A stretch of DNA of 64,000 bases, taken from positions 30,486 to 94,485 of the IMG/VR virus record IMGVR_UViG_3300043567_001187, one strand, 5' to 3'. This document shows positions 49,059 to 57,918 of this stretch, one piece after another. Both the position numbers and the translations under genes were made by a program. The DNA comes from a virus. Below the pieces are notes generated by a model, which made no database searches, was not told the DNA's origin, and worked only from the letters and a program-made list of their open reading frames with translations. The first letter of the stretch is position 1; each line of letters starts with the position of its first letter.

Positions 49059-49440
49059 TTCTTAAAATCTCCAAGGTATTTTTTATTAGTAATCCAATAT
49101 CATTGGTTTGTTGGTTGGCGTATGCTTTGCTTAGTAATTCTTTAGACTCGTTTTTAGTAAACCCATATGGTAATAGTGCTTCTATAGCACGATTTAATAA
49201 ATCTTCTGGAATAGATGGTGGCGATTTTGTTTCTTTTGGCTTGATTGGTTTAGTGGCATACTTCAATTTAAATCCAGTAGTTCTTTTAACAGAAAAAACA
49301 CAGCCGCAATCACATACAATCTTAAAATTTTTAGTCGATGTTTCTAATAGAGAAAGCCAGTGTATATTAAAACATTCTGGACATCTATACTGAAGATGAA
49401 TATCGTAATCAGTCGGTTTCTGGTTTTTCTTTGTTTTCAT
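49036..49440 (-). CDS. Zn-ribbon protein with RuvA domain III-like C-terminus
   Basis: CPEC..CDCG; AIEALLPYGFTKNESKELL..DIGLLIKNTL; directly upstream of ruvB. Confidence 0.65.
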   Translation of the reverse strand: MKTKKNQKPTDYDIHLQYRCPECFNIHWLSLLETSTKNFKIVCDCGCVFSVKRTTGFKLKYATKPIKPKETKSPPSIPEDLLNRAIEALLPYGFTKNESKELLSKAYANQQTNDIGLLIKNTLEILRNEHCTTI

Positions 49441-49819
49441 CTTTTATCCAAAAAATAAAGTCATTAGATTCCTCGTCAAATCCTGTCTCTAATAATCCCT
49501 TATTAACCAAACCATTCAACATATTACTAACCATACGATCATTAAATAGTGTTATCATTTCCATAAAAGAATCGTCTGTCACAATATATCTAACTTGTTT
49601 AGTTTTTTTATTGATTTGTTTTTTAATAATGCTTTTTGCTATAATCATTGATTCTTCTTGAGAAAGAACTTGGTTAAATTCTTCTAGTTCTTCTATTTTT
49701 ACATCCTGAATTAGATCATCGGATGGATTGTCTTGATTTTTACCAAAGTTATTAAAAACCACCGATCTACTAGATAATACAAAACTATCTATATCCTTGA
49801 TAACATATTCTTTATTCAT
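49409..49819 (-). CDS. hypothetical protein
   Basis: ORF. Confidence 0.6.
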   Translation of the reverse strand: MNKEYVIKDIDSFVLSSRSVVFNNFGKNQDNPSDDLIQDVKIEELEEFNQVLSQEESMIIAKSIIKKQINKKTKQVRYIVTDDSFMEMITLFNDRMVSNMLNGLVNKGLLETGFDEESNDFIFWIKDENKEKPETD

Positions 49820-49826
49820 AGTTTCC

Positions 49827-50246
49827 TCAGTTTAAAATATCGTGCAGTCCATTATAATAGGCGGGCTGTTGTATGAAATAAGCAGCGTGGCTTTGTAGGT
49901 GTAGTTTATACTCATTATTAATTTTATCAACTACAAAATATTTCTTTTTCCAGATGGGGGAGTTTTGATAATTGGACCCCAAATACTGTAAGGAATTACC
50001 CTTATCAGTATTGGGATTCCAACTATTCACAGGAAACTTCTTCTCATAAAAACCGGGAATACTAACTATGTTATAGTCACTAGGAGGATTCTTAATAAAA
50101 TCATTAATTAGATCATCAAGCCATTTAGAAACAGGATTGTCTGGCCCAACGTCGAATTTATAATACCATTTGTATGGATCTTTTGGCACATCATCATAGT
50201 TATAGTCATCATAATCCTCTTCGTTATCATCGTATGATTCGTGCAT
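49827..50246 (-). CDS. hypothetical protein
   Basis: ORF. Confidence 0.55.
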   Translation of the reverse strand: MHESYDDNEEDYDDYNYDDVPKDPYKWYYKFDVGPDNPVSKWLDDLINDFIKNPPSDYNIVSIPGFYEKKFPVNSWNPNTDKGNSLQYLGSNYQNSPIWKKKYFVVDKINNEYKLHLQSHAAYFIQQPAYYNGLHDILN

Positions 50247-50248
50247 TT

Positions 50249-51484
50249 TTAACCAATACAAAAATGATCGCTAAGTTTATTCGCCAACTCTTTAGCGGAC
50301 GAAGATAGGAATCTGTTGTTACTAAAATAGAGTGGGGTGCTTACTTGATTAAGGAACTCCACGACGGTTTTTAAAAGTCTAGTCTGCTCACCGTCTAGAC
50401 TTAAAACATCATCGCCTGACGCTTCCTGACGCTTGTGACACGATCCTTCGTGGGGCAAGGTAGTGTCGATTGAATCAGTCTCGTCGTCTACCTCATTCTG
50501 AGCAAGTTCGGAACAAAGAATATCCTCTTCTTCGGAATCATCAACTAGATCATATTTAATATTTTGTTGACTATTCTTCTGACCACAACCCATAATATTA
50601 TTGAGTAAATACTTGGCTTGATCTATGACTCCGTAACTCTTTTTGTTTTGAAGATCATTTAGAATCTGTTTAGCAACCTCGGTCGATACTGGGATGCCAG
50701 TTTCATCAGATTGCTTATACGCAGTCGCATAGCCCTTATACCATTCGTCGCTGCATTTCTCTGGAACAATACTAATGTTTGCTGGTTGACCCGTTAAGGC
50801 ACTCTTTAGATCAGCAACATTAATTGGATTACCAGTTGAGCCACTAAGAATACTAGTAAAATAAGGTTGCTTACCTTCCCAACCTTTCCTCCACCAAGTA
50901 TAAGGAACTCGATAAATCTGATTGGCTTTAATCGCTCTTGGATCACCACCAAAATAGTTGACAAGTTTCTTCTGTAGACCGTTCCAGAACGTTTTATTTT
51001 TACCAATCATTTTTACTGATTGTTCATCAAAAAGCCAATAGCACTGATAACCATTACGAGTATCAACAACCCAACTTGGGGCTACTGGAAACTCGTTGAT
51101 AGTTTTTAGAAAACCCTTCTTCTTTTGCATTACAACGCTAGGCTTAAAATACTTGCCCTCATTGTCTCGCCCAGCATCCATATCACAGAAGCAACAGGTA
51201 AAGTTGTTAATAGCATATAGTTTTCGCCCACCATTAACATAAAAGTAAACATCAGAATTTTTCTTCACATTTGCTTCTGTAGCCTCAACTAGTCGATTAG
51301 TATGATTCATACTACTAATCTTTTTTCTAGGATCTCCATTATAGCAAAAGATGTGTTTGATACCAAAAGAGTCTAAAAACTTTTCTCTTGGCCTAAAATA
51401 CATTTTGCCGTGAGGGGAAAGTTTATGATCAAACGGATTGAATCCTAAATTATCGCTAAACATAATATGTCCTGTTTCTTTCAA
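50249..51484 (-). CDS. RepB-type primase (AEP superfamily) domain protein
   Basis: VYFYVN, FCDMD, PSWVVDTRNGYQCYW, GGDP, IYRVP. Confidence 0.7.
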   Translation of the reverse strand: MKETGHIMFSDNLGFNPFDHKLSPHGKMYFRPREKFLDSFGIKHIFCYNGDPRKKISSMNHTNRLVEATEANVKKNSDVYFYVNGGRKLYAINNFTCCFCDMDAGRDNEGKYFKPSVVMQKKKGFLKTINEFPVAPSWVVDTRNGYQCYWLFDEQSVKMIGKNKTFWNGLQKKLVNYFGGDPRAIKANQIYRVPYTWWRKGWEGKQPYFTSILSGSTGNPINVADLKSALTGQPANISIVPEKCSDEWYKGYATAYKQSDETGIPVSTEVAKQILNDLQNKKSYGVIDQAKYLLNNIMGCGQKNSQQNIKYDLVDDSEEEDILCSELAQNEVDDETDSIDTTLPHEGSCHKRQEASGDDVLSLDGEQTRLLKTVVEFLNQVSTPLYFSNNRFLSSSAKELANKLSDHFCIG

Positions 51485-51532
51485 TTATTCCTAAATATTG
51501 GGACAGCAACCTCTGCTATCATTATCAATATA

Positions 51533-51594
51533 AAAGTGGTGATGGAATCGAACCATCACAATAGTATTCTATTGAGTCACCAGACTTTCACTTT
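51533..51594 (-). ncRNA. tRNA-like cloverleaf without anticodon loop
   Basis: AAAGUG/CACUUU closing stem, AGUC-UGGU-GACU, CAAUAG-AAUA-CUAUUG, GAUGG-UUCGAUU-CCAUC. Confidence 0.55.
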
Positions 51595-51599
51595 AACGA

Positions 51600-52460
51600 T
51601 CAATACTGATCGTCATAATCCTCCTCAAAATCCTCTTCTTCATCTTCCTCGTCAAACTGATCCCAATAACTTTCGTCAAGGGTATTATAATCATCTTCAT
51701 CATCTTCACTATACTCATCCTCAGTAAAAGAGGCTGAATAAAGAGGCTTGAGAAGTTCGCCTTGATACTCTCCGACTACTTCATATCGGCAAGTGCGAAG
51801 TTTCTCACAATTACAATCGCTTGGAACACTAACAACATCACGAGGATTAATCTTAACGATAACAATACGATCACCAGACTCAACAGAGCCATATCCTGCT
51901 ACATAGTTCAATGCTCCAGCATGAAGTCCGTCTGAGCATCCTCTAGCACGATCATCATCAACTTTGGCTCGTTGCATTTTAACAACTTGACCAACACTAT
52001 TATCAAATACTCCACGGTACTTATCTTTAAAATCACTCCTAACAGCCTTGTAAGCAAGGAAGCACCCATCCTCAGTAATTGGCAGATGTTCGTGTTCAAG
52101 GAAATCATACAATTCCTTTTGACTCTGCATACTAGGATTTTCCATCAGATTATTAAGGAAATTAACAAGAGGCTGGAAAGGTAGACCCTTGCTCATAAAC
52201 TCAAGAATCCTCTTACTGATACTTCCATGAACCTCCTCGCCCTCGTACATAACCTTACCATTCTTAATCTCTACAAGACCATCACTAAAAGTGCTAACAG
52301 CCTTTTCGACATCTACAATTTCAAGAAGTTCATCAGCAGTCGCACTAGGCAATGCCTCAAGAATCATCTTATAGTTAATATGATCTGGAAGAACCTGATA
52401 GGTTCTATTATTAAGAACCAGTGTCAGATTTCCATCAACCCACATAAAAGGAACACTCAT
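51600..52460 (-). CDS. rIIB: rIIB-like protein
   Basis: LPITEDGCFLAYK, CSDGLHAG, VKINPRDVVSVP, KLRTCRYEV. Confidence 0.88.
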   Translation of the reverse strand: MSVPFMWVDGNLTLVLNNRTYQVLPDHINYKMILEALPSATADELLEIVDVEKAVSTFSDGLVEIKNGKVMYEGEEVHGSISKRILEFMSKGLPFQPLVNFLNNLMENPSMQSQKELYDFLEHEHLPITEDGCFLAYKAVRSDFKDKYRGVFDNSVGQVVKMQRAKVDDDRARGCSDGLHAGALNYVAGYGSVESGDRIVIVKINPRDVVSVPSDCNCEKLRTCRYEVVGEYQGELLKPLYSASFTEDEYSEDDEDDYNTLDESYWDQFDEEDEEEDFEEDYDDQY

Positions 52461-52487
52461 TATCTATCTCCTTGTTTACCTGTGAAA

Positions 52488-55133
52488 TCAACCAATTACA
52501 TTACCCATTTGAACTCTAAATGACTCCACATCATTTAGACTAGTCAACCATTTACTCTTAGTACTACCATACCTATAACTATGGTTAGAATCTAATTCCC
52601 TTAGAGGGTTGGTGTTAGCATGAAGATGTCTCAAATTACCCTGCACCGGAGCAACTCCCATAATATACTTGAACAAGGGGTTCTTGTCAAGTTCGGTCTT
52701 AATGCTTTCTCTTAATGTCTTGATACTAACCAACTCTACACCCTTGCCATTTTCTTGCTTTAGTAGTTTAGAATATTCATCACTATTACCGTTATATAGT
52801 TGATTGAGCATTACTAGAACATAGTTATACATCACATTAGTCTCTTTGATCTTTTTACTATCTAGACCATTGATACCCATATCGCTTAATAGTTGAGTCA
52901 TAAGACCAAAATAGTCTGTTGCTTTGAATCTGGTAATATCAAAAGAATCTCTGTGCATAGTATCTACAAAGAATTCTAATACCAACAGTTTGTCTACAAC
53001 ATCTACTACATTTTGATTGTTGATATACTTCTTGTATTCAAGACCAAACATATTCATAATATGAAATAGAAACTGACGGTCGATAAAGCCTGTATTATAC
53101 TGATGATCCATACCATCGTCAGTACTATACTCTTTGCGAGCTTTCTCTACCAGATCATTGTATTTGGTCAAATCACCAAACTTATTATTGTTCAGGTGTT
53201 TGAGTCTACGCTTCATAAAAGTATTAAAGTCTACCAAATTTAGACCGTCCTTCTCAAGATTCTTAATTGAGGATTGCTTGATCGCATAGATATTGACACC
53301 CTCAAACAAATCCTTAATTAGACCCTTGCATGTATCATTATTTGACCAACGATTCAAAGTACTAATACTTGGATAGTTATCTGTAGCCTTATACCTTAGA
53401 ATAGGAATATATACAATCTCATCCTCTTCAACAAATTCATCTAGTCTATCAGTTTTTAGACTACGCATATAAACAGCATCATTATACTCTATAGTAAGCG
53501 GCTCTGTATCCTTATTATCTCCAACAACAAGAAATACATCTTGATCGCTTACACTACCTTTACTATCAACAGAGTTTCTCTTTTTAGGACTTGACTTGAT
53601 AAGATCACGATAGTCTGACACATTAAGGATACTAGAGTCCCCAACATCTTCGACTAGACTATCAAATCCATTAATAACATCCTTATGATCTTCAGTATCA
53701 ACCATCAAGTATGCAAAACAATCATTCTCATTGCAATACTTAGTTACAATTTTCTTTGCTGTTTCTGTTGCTGCAATATCACACCAGAAAAAAGCCATGT
53801 TTCCATTCTTTCTAGCATTGTTCCAATAATTTTGGCCTTTACCAGTAAGAGTTTCATGATGAATTTTATCTGTTAGATAAACCATCCTGCGAGAACGATA
53901 GCCCGCTGTACGATAATTAAACACATACAGATTCTTGCTCTTCTTGAGTTTATATTCAAGATCATTACCAGAATTGATACTGTGAACCTTATTATTAGAA
54001 TCAGTCCACGAAGCACCAACTCCCCATCCGCCAGCCAGATCATTCATCTGGTAATATGTCATAATTGCTTCTACTTTAGTTTTAGCAGTAGCAATCTTAT
54101 CGCTAAAATTCTGTTTGAGTTCTAGGAAAATATCCTGGGTCTTGTCTCTAAGAGCCTTAATTACACCCTTAGTATACTGTAGACCCTCACGACTAACATC
54201 CATCTCAAGTTCACCAATACCAAAATCTAGTTCTAGATAAAGATTTTGATGAATAATTTCTCCAACAAAACTCTTCCAACTAGCAATATCCGCCTTATTA
54301 AAGGCTCGGTTCCACTTAGCAATATGATCCGGGGTTTCGGTCTTTTCTTCCCCAATCAAATGTTCTGTTTGAACAGGGTAGGCGATATTACCCATGATAG
54401 CAACAACGCCACTATTAATACGATGATGTTGATTAGGGAATAGTTGGTTGTTTAGACGACAAACCCTCCAACCTTCACCATCAATAACAACATTTCGACT
54501 ACTATATTCTTGCTCAAAATTCCAAGTAACGCCTCCACTAATAATAGGCTTCATCTTAAAGTAGTGGAAAATTCTAACTGCTTTTTGACTAAACTCATGG
54601 AAATCGTGCTGCTTAACAGCAAAACTAATTTCTAGACCATTAGGCTCACTGGTATCACAACTATGAATAAGGTTTAGGGTAGGAACACCACTATCATCAA
54701 TAGCGGCAATATAAGTATACTGCTTACCATCAAAATACGATGTTGTGGTAAAACTCTTAGTATAAGCAAAAGGACTCTTAGAGCCTAGACCAAGACAACC
54801 CACAAAGTCATTACTATTATTCTTGTTACTAGCACCATAGGTAGTATACAGACTCTCCATATCGACCTGACTAAGACCAGTGCCATAATCACGCACGGTA
54901 AAATTAGGATCAGCAGATGTGGGTAACTTTACTAGGAAGGGATTCTTGTTGCCAGCACTAATATGACTATCATAAGCATTTGTGGCTAGTTCTCTAATAA
55001 CAGCCATCACCTTGTCGGAATATAGAGAATCCGAAAGGATTTTAAACATTTTGCTGGTCTGAGCAATACTAAACTGATTAGTACTATTAATACCAGCACT
55101 ATGAACCTCAACTGTCCTATCTGCCAACTTCAT
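52488..55133 (-). CDS. rIIA: rIIA-like protein (N-terminal GHKL ATPase)
   Basis: LSDSLYSDK..IRELATNAYD, RDYGTG, GCLGLGSKSPFAY, SREGL. Confidence 0.9.
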   Translation of the reverse strand: MKLADRTVEVHSAGINSTNQFSIAQTSKMFKILSDSLYSDKVMAVIRELATNAYDSHISAGNKNPFLVKLPTSADPNFTVRDYGTGLSQVDMESLYTTYGASNKNNSNDFVGCLGLGSKSPFAYTKSFTTTSYFDGKQYTYIAAIDDSGVPTLNLIHSCDTSEPNGLEISFAVKQHDFHEFSQKAVRIFHYFKMKPIISGGVTWNFEQEYSSRNVVIDGEGWRVCRLNNQLFPNQHHRINSGVVAIMGNIAYPVQTEHLIGEEKTETPDHIAKWNRAFNKADIASWKSFVGEIIHQNLYLELDFGIGELEMDVSREGLQYTKGVIKALRDKTQDIFLELKQNFSDKIATAKTKVEAIMTYYQMNDLAGGWGVGASWTDSNNKVHSINSGNDLEYKLKKSKNLYVFNYRTAGYRSRRMVYLTDKIHHETLTGKGQNYWNNARKNGNMAFFWCDIAATETAKKIVTKYCNENDCFAYLMVDTEDHKDVINGFDSLVEDVGDSSILNVSDYRDLIKSSPKKRNSVDSKGSVSDQDVFLVVGDNKDTEPLTIEYNDAVYMRSLKTDRLDEFVEEDEIVYIPILRYKATDNYPSISTLNRWSNNDTCKGLIKDLFEGVNIYAIKQSSIKNLEKDGLNLVDFNTFMKRRLKHLNNNKFGDLTKYNDLVEKARKEYSTDDGMDHQYNTGFIDRQFLFHIMNMFGLEYKKYINNQNVVDVVDKLLVLEFFVDTMHRDSFDITRFKATDYFGLMTQLLSDMGINGLDSKKIKETNVMYNYVLVMLNQLYNGNSDEYSKLLKQENGKGVELVSIKTLRESIKTELDKNPLFKYIMGVAPVQGNLRHLHANTNPLRELDSNHSYRYGSTKSKWLTSLNDVESFRVQMGNVIG

Positions 55134-55177
55134 TATAGTTCTCCAAAAGTCCTGTGAATCGTTCCCTGTGTTACACC

Positions 55178-55205
55178 ATCATATCATACGTTTATCGGTT
55201 GTCAA
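55178..55205 (-). promoter_or_regulatory. sigma70-type promoter for rIIA
   Basis: TTGACA-16-TATGAT with extended TG and CGATA in spacer. Confidence 0.75.
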
Positions 55206-55211
55206 CGTCGG

Positions 55212-55466
55212 CTACTTGAATTTTTCTGAGCGTCGTCTATTAACTCGCTGTATGCTGATATATCCAAAATATATTGGAACCAGCCCAACGTACCATATTG
55301 GCAATCCTATAGCAATAAACCATATTCCATTAATAATAGACAATATAGATAAAACATATACTATAAATGCTGGAAAATTTAATCTAGATAAAAGATACGC
55401 TAATGGCCCAACTAATATTGTTGATAAAACCACTAATGAAGCAATTAATGCTAAACTAGCCATCAA
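55212..55466 (-). CDS. small 3-TM membrane protein
   Basis: Hydrophobic, basic tail. Confidence 0.6.
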   Translation of the reverse strand: MMASLALIASLVVLSTILVGPLAYLLSRLNFPAFIVYVLSILSIINGIWFIAIGLPIWYVGLVPIYFGYISIQRVNRRRSEKFK

Positions 55467-55816
55467 CTATCGTCCTCATTACTGCTCCATTCATCATCTT
55501 CATAATCTTCATCTTCATTAGGAACCCAGGTATCATCACTATCATAAACGCCATAAGGAGACTCCTCATCATCCTCATCATCTAAATCATTTTCTTCTAG
55601 TACCATTATGCTTAAACTATTGAGTATTTCAAGCATTAAATCCATTTTATTTGATACTGCTTTAATTTCTCTTTTTAAGTTATCAGTATCTTTTTTAATG
55701 AGTAGTAGGTCTTTGTTAACTATAAAGAGTTGTTTAAACAAATCTATCTCATCATTTTTCATGTCCTTAATCATTTTACTTAGATCTTTAATGATATCTT
55801 CTATATTTTTAGACAT
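55463..55816 (-). CDS. coiled-coil protein with acidic tail
   Basis: ORF with AAGGAG SD. Confidence 0.6.
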   Translation of the reverse strand: MSKNIEDIIKDLSKMIKDMKNDEIDLFKQLFIVNKDLLLIKKDTDNLKREIKAVSNKMDLMLEILNSLSIMVLEENDLDDEDDEESPYGVYDSDDTWVPNEDEDYEDDEWSSNEDDS

Positions 55817-55833
55817 GATAATACTCCTTTATT

Positions 55834-56385
55834 TTAAGATACACCACATTTACATTGATATTGTAAACAATAGCCACATTTAGGGCCGGGAGTAGAATAT
55901 CCCCAGGCATTAGAATGTCTCTCAAAACTTTCATTTCCAGTATCAATACAAACTAATTTAGCCTTATTATACCTATTCACATAACCCATATTATAATAAT
56001 GACAGTCCCAAAATTTTAGTTTTGTTTTCTTTTCTATATTTTCTACCAAATCTTGTATTTGCGGTAGTCTTTTCTTCATTATTTTTTCATCAAAAATTTT
56101 TGCTTTTTCAGTAATATACCCCCAACCAGTAAGATCTGTATATGTATACTTTTCACCAGCAAAGTTTTCAATTTTTATTTCAAGTCTACAAATTTTTCCG
56201 TGAACTTGAGGAGATAGACCATATTTAGCAAGTAATTTTTGTTTGTTATAAGCATTAATAGCATACTTTTTGCTTCGGAATTGTTTGAATCCAAGAGTTG
56301 TATGATTTTTTATTGGATAAAATTCCGCACTACCACCCTCGTCAAACCAGTTATTATAGTCTATCTGATAAGATTTATTTATCAT
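55834..56385 (-). CDS. minimal protein-kinase-like protein
   Basis: EGGSAEFY, GFKQF, YITE, DCHYYN, CIDTG. Confidence 0.7.
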   Translation of the reverse strand: MINKSYQIDYNNWFDEGGSAEFYPIKNHTTLGFKQFRSKKYAINAYNKQKLLAKYGLSPQVHGKICRLEIKIENFAGEKYTYTDLTGWGYITEKAKIFDEKIMKKRLPQIQDLVENIEKKTKLKFWDCHYYNMGYVNRYNKAKLVCIDTGNESFERHSNAWGYSTPGPKCGYCLQYQCKCGVS

Positions 56386-56717
56386 ACTAAATTTACTTTG
56401 GCTTCTTCAATAGTATTACCCATAATTTCTTGAGCAATATTTATTGCTTGGGATAAACTTTCTGTTTCTGTAATTTTTAATCCAGACTTTACATCATTAA
56501 TATGATACGAAGCATATACCCCATAAAATACATCGCTAAGTTCATAATTATGAAGCAGATAATCTTCATAGAACTCAAAAGAATCAGTATACCAATTTCC
56601 GTTTTCATCCTGAATTTCTTTTACAGTATCAACTAGAATAAATCTAAAATTAGGATGTGGGAAATCTGGCTTACTTTCAACGATGCCTCTATAAAACCTA
56701 TTAGGAAATGCTACCAT
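56382..56717 (-). CDS. hypothetical protein
   Basis: ORF. Confidence 0.55.
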   Translation of the reverse strand: MVAFPNRFYRGIVESKPDFPHPNFRFILVDTVKEIQDENGNWYTDSFEFYEDYLLHNYELSDVFYGVYASYHINDVKSGLKITETESLSQAINIAQEIMGNTIEEAKVNLV

Positions 56718-57036
56718 TGTCTAACCTATAGAGAGGAATAATTGTGTTAGGATCAAGATGTGGATTTTTTTGGAGTCTTAAATCAAAAAGGTCGCCCTTC
56801 TCATTAATTCTGGCCCAAGCAACTTCTTTATAATCGAGATTTTTAGTAATTTCTTCAACTAAATCTTGATTACAATTAAATAGTTCTTGATAAGAGTCTG
56901 CTAATTTTTGACGCAATCTTTTCAATTCATCTTTAGCATTAAGAATATTAAACTTAGTTAATTTCCAGTGTCCAGTATTAGAGGCATCCTCACAACACTG
57001 AAGAAGATGATCTAGGGGATTAGAATGTTCATTCAT
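56701..57036 (-). CDS. hypothetical protein
   Basis: ORF. Confidence 0.55.
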   Translation of the reverse strand: MNEHSNPLDHLLQCCEDASNTGHWKLTKFNILNAKDELKRLRQKLADSYQELFNCNQDLVEEITKNLDYKEVAWARINEKGDLFDLRLQKNPHLDPNTIIPLYRLDNGSIS

Positions 57037-57050
57037 TTTTCAAACCCTTT

Positions 57051-57056
57051 GGTGTA
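57051..57056 (+). promoter_or_regulatory. GGTGTA putative phage (late) promoter motif upstream of the HNH gene
   Basis: Same hexamer precedes several minus-strand genes; here it switches strand with the gene. Confidence 0.5.
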
Positions 57057-57093
57057 TATCTATTATAGCGTTTACCATACAGGAGTCAAGAGT

Positions 57094-57546
57094 ATGACAA
57101 AAAACTATACAATCCCTTACTTAAAAGTTATAGTCAAAAAATCCAAGTCCATTAGAGAAGTATTATCCAATCTCAATATGGCTACTGCCGGAGGTAATTA
57201 TCAAACCATTAAAAATAAAATTGCTGAATATAATATTGACACTTCTCATTTTACTGGTCAGGCATGGAATAAAGGGAAAAAACTAGGCCCAAAAAGATCA
57301 CTTGATGAATATTTGTCAAATCAAAAACCTATACAAAGTTGGAAACTTAAAAAAAGATTACTAAAGGAAGGATTGTTTGAATCAAAATGCTATAACTGTT
57401 TTAAAGATAGTTGGATGGATAAGCCAATTCCTCTTGAATTACATCATATTGATGGAAACAATACAAATAATAGTCTTTCTAATCTTAGTATATTATGCCC
57501 TAATTGCCATGCCTTAACTGATAATTATCGAGGTAAAAATAAATAG
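57094..57546 (+). CDS. free-standing HNH homing endonuclease
   Basis: CYNC, LELHHIDGNNTNN..NL.ILCPNCH; AGGAG SD; only credible plus-strand gene. Confidence 0.9.
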   Translation: MTKNYTIPYLKVIVKKSKSIREVLSNLNMATAGGNYQTIKNKIAEYNIDTSHFTGQAWNKGKKLGPKRSLDEYLSNQKPIQSWKLKKRLLKEGLFESKCYNCFKDSWMDKPIPLELHHIDGNNTNNSLSNLSILCPNCHALTDNYRGKNK

Positions 57547-57813
57547 GAGTGGTGGGAGTCGAACCCACACTGGACGGATTTTCTTACCACTATAGTTTTC
57601 ACTACCATTTCTGTTTGTGGTCTGGACTTTACCTTAACCATAACTTTCGTTTTAGGTTCCTGCCATCAAGTCTCTACACCTTCATATTTCTATGCTTGGC
57701 TCGGTATTAGCATTTTAAAGCCTTCACCGAATTTGACAGGTTCTACTATAAAGATTTCTCCTTATGCACTCAATTTAATAAGTCCGTTGTCTCTGCCATT
57801 GGACTACACTCCC
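57544..57813 (-). tRNA. trnL: tRNA-Leu(UAA) with group I intron; exons 57780..57813 and 57544..57582
   Basis: Spliced: GGGAGUG UA GUCC AAUGGCA GAGAC A ACGGA CU UAA AA UCCGU CCAGU GUGGG UUCGACU CCCAC CACUCCU A. Confidence 0.92.
57583..57779 (-). mobile_element. group I intron (IC3-like), 197 nt, no ORF
   Basis: U-G splice pair in P1 (ACUU/GAGU), P3 CCUGUC/GGCAGG, P4 UUCGGU/ACCGAG, P7 AGAGACU/AAAGUC, GAAA tetraloops, terminal G. Confidence 0.92.
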
Positions 57814-57815
57814 AT

Positions 57816-57899
57816 AAAACACCCAACTACAACAGTTCTTGATTCGAGGTTGATTATTTTGTGCCTCTCTCATTTAAACTGCTGTAGTCGGAATGTTTT
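57816..57899 (-). ncRNA. long hairpin RNA between the HTH gene and the tRNA
   Basis: CCGACUACAGCAGUU/AACUGUUGUAGUUGG 15-bp stem with minus-strand G-U pairs, plus AAAACA/UGUUUU. Confidence 0.6.
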
Positions 57900-57918
57900 G
57901 GTTTTAAATTAAAGTCTC

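Noticed and set aside
57735-57740. GGTGTA inside the intron (and copies in CDS near 26983, 31128 and 47579)
   Set aside because: Part of the conserved J6/7 intron sequence or Gly-Val codons, not upstream of starts; treated as background
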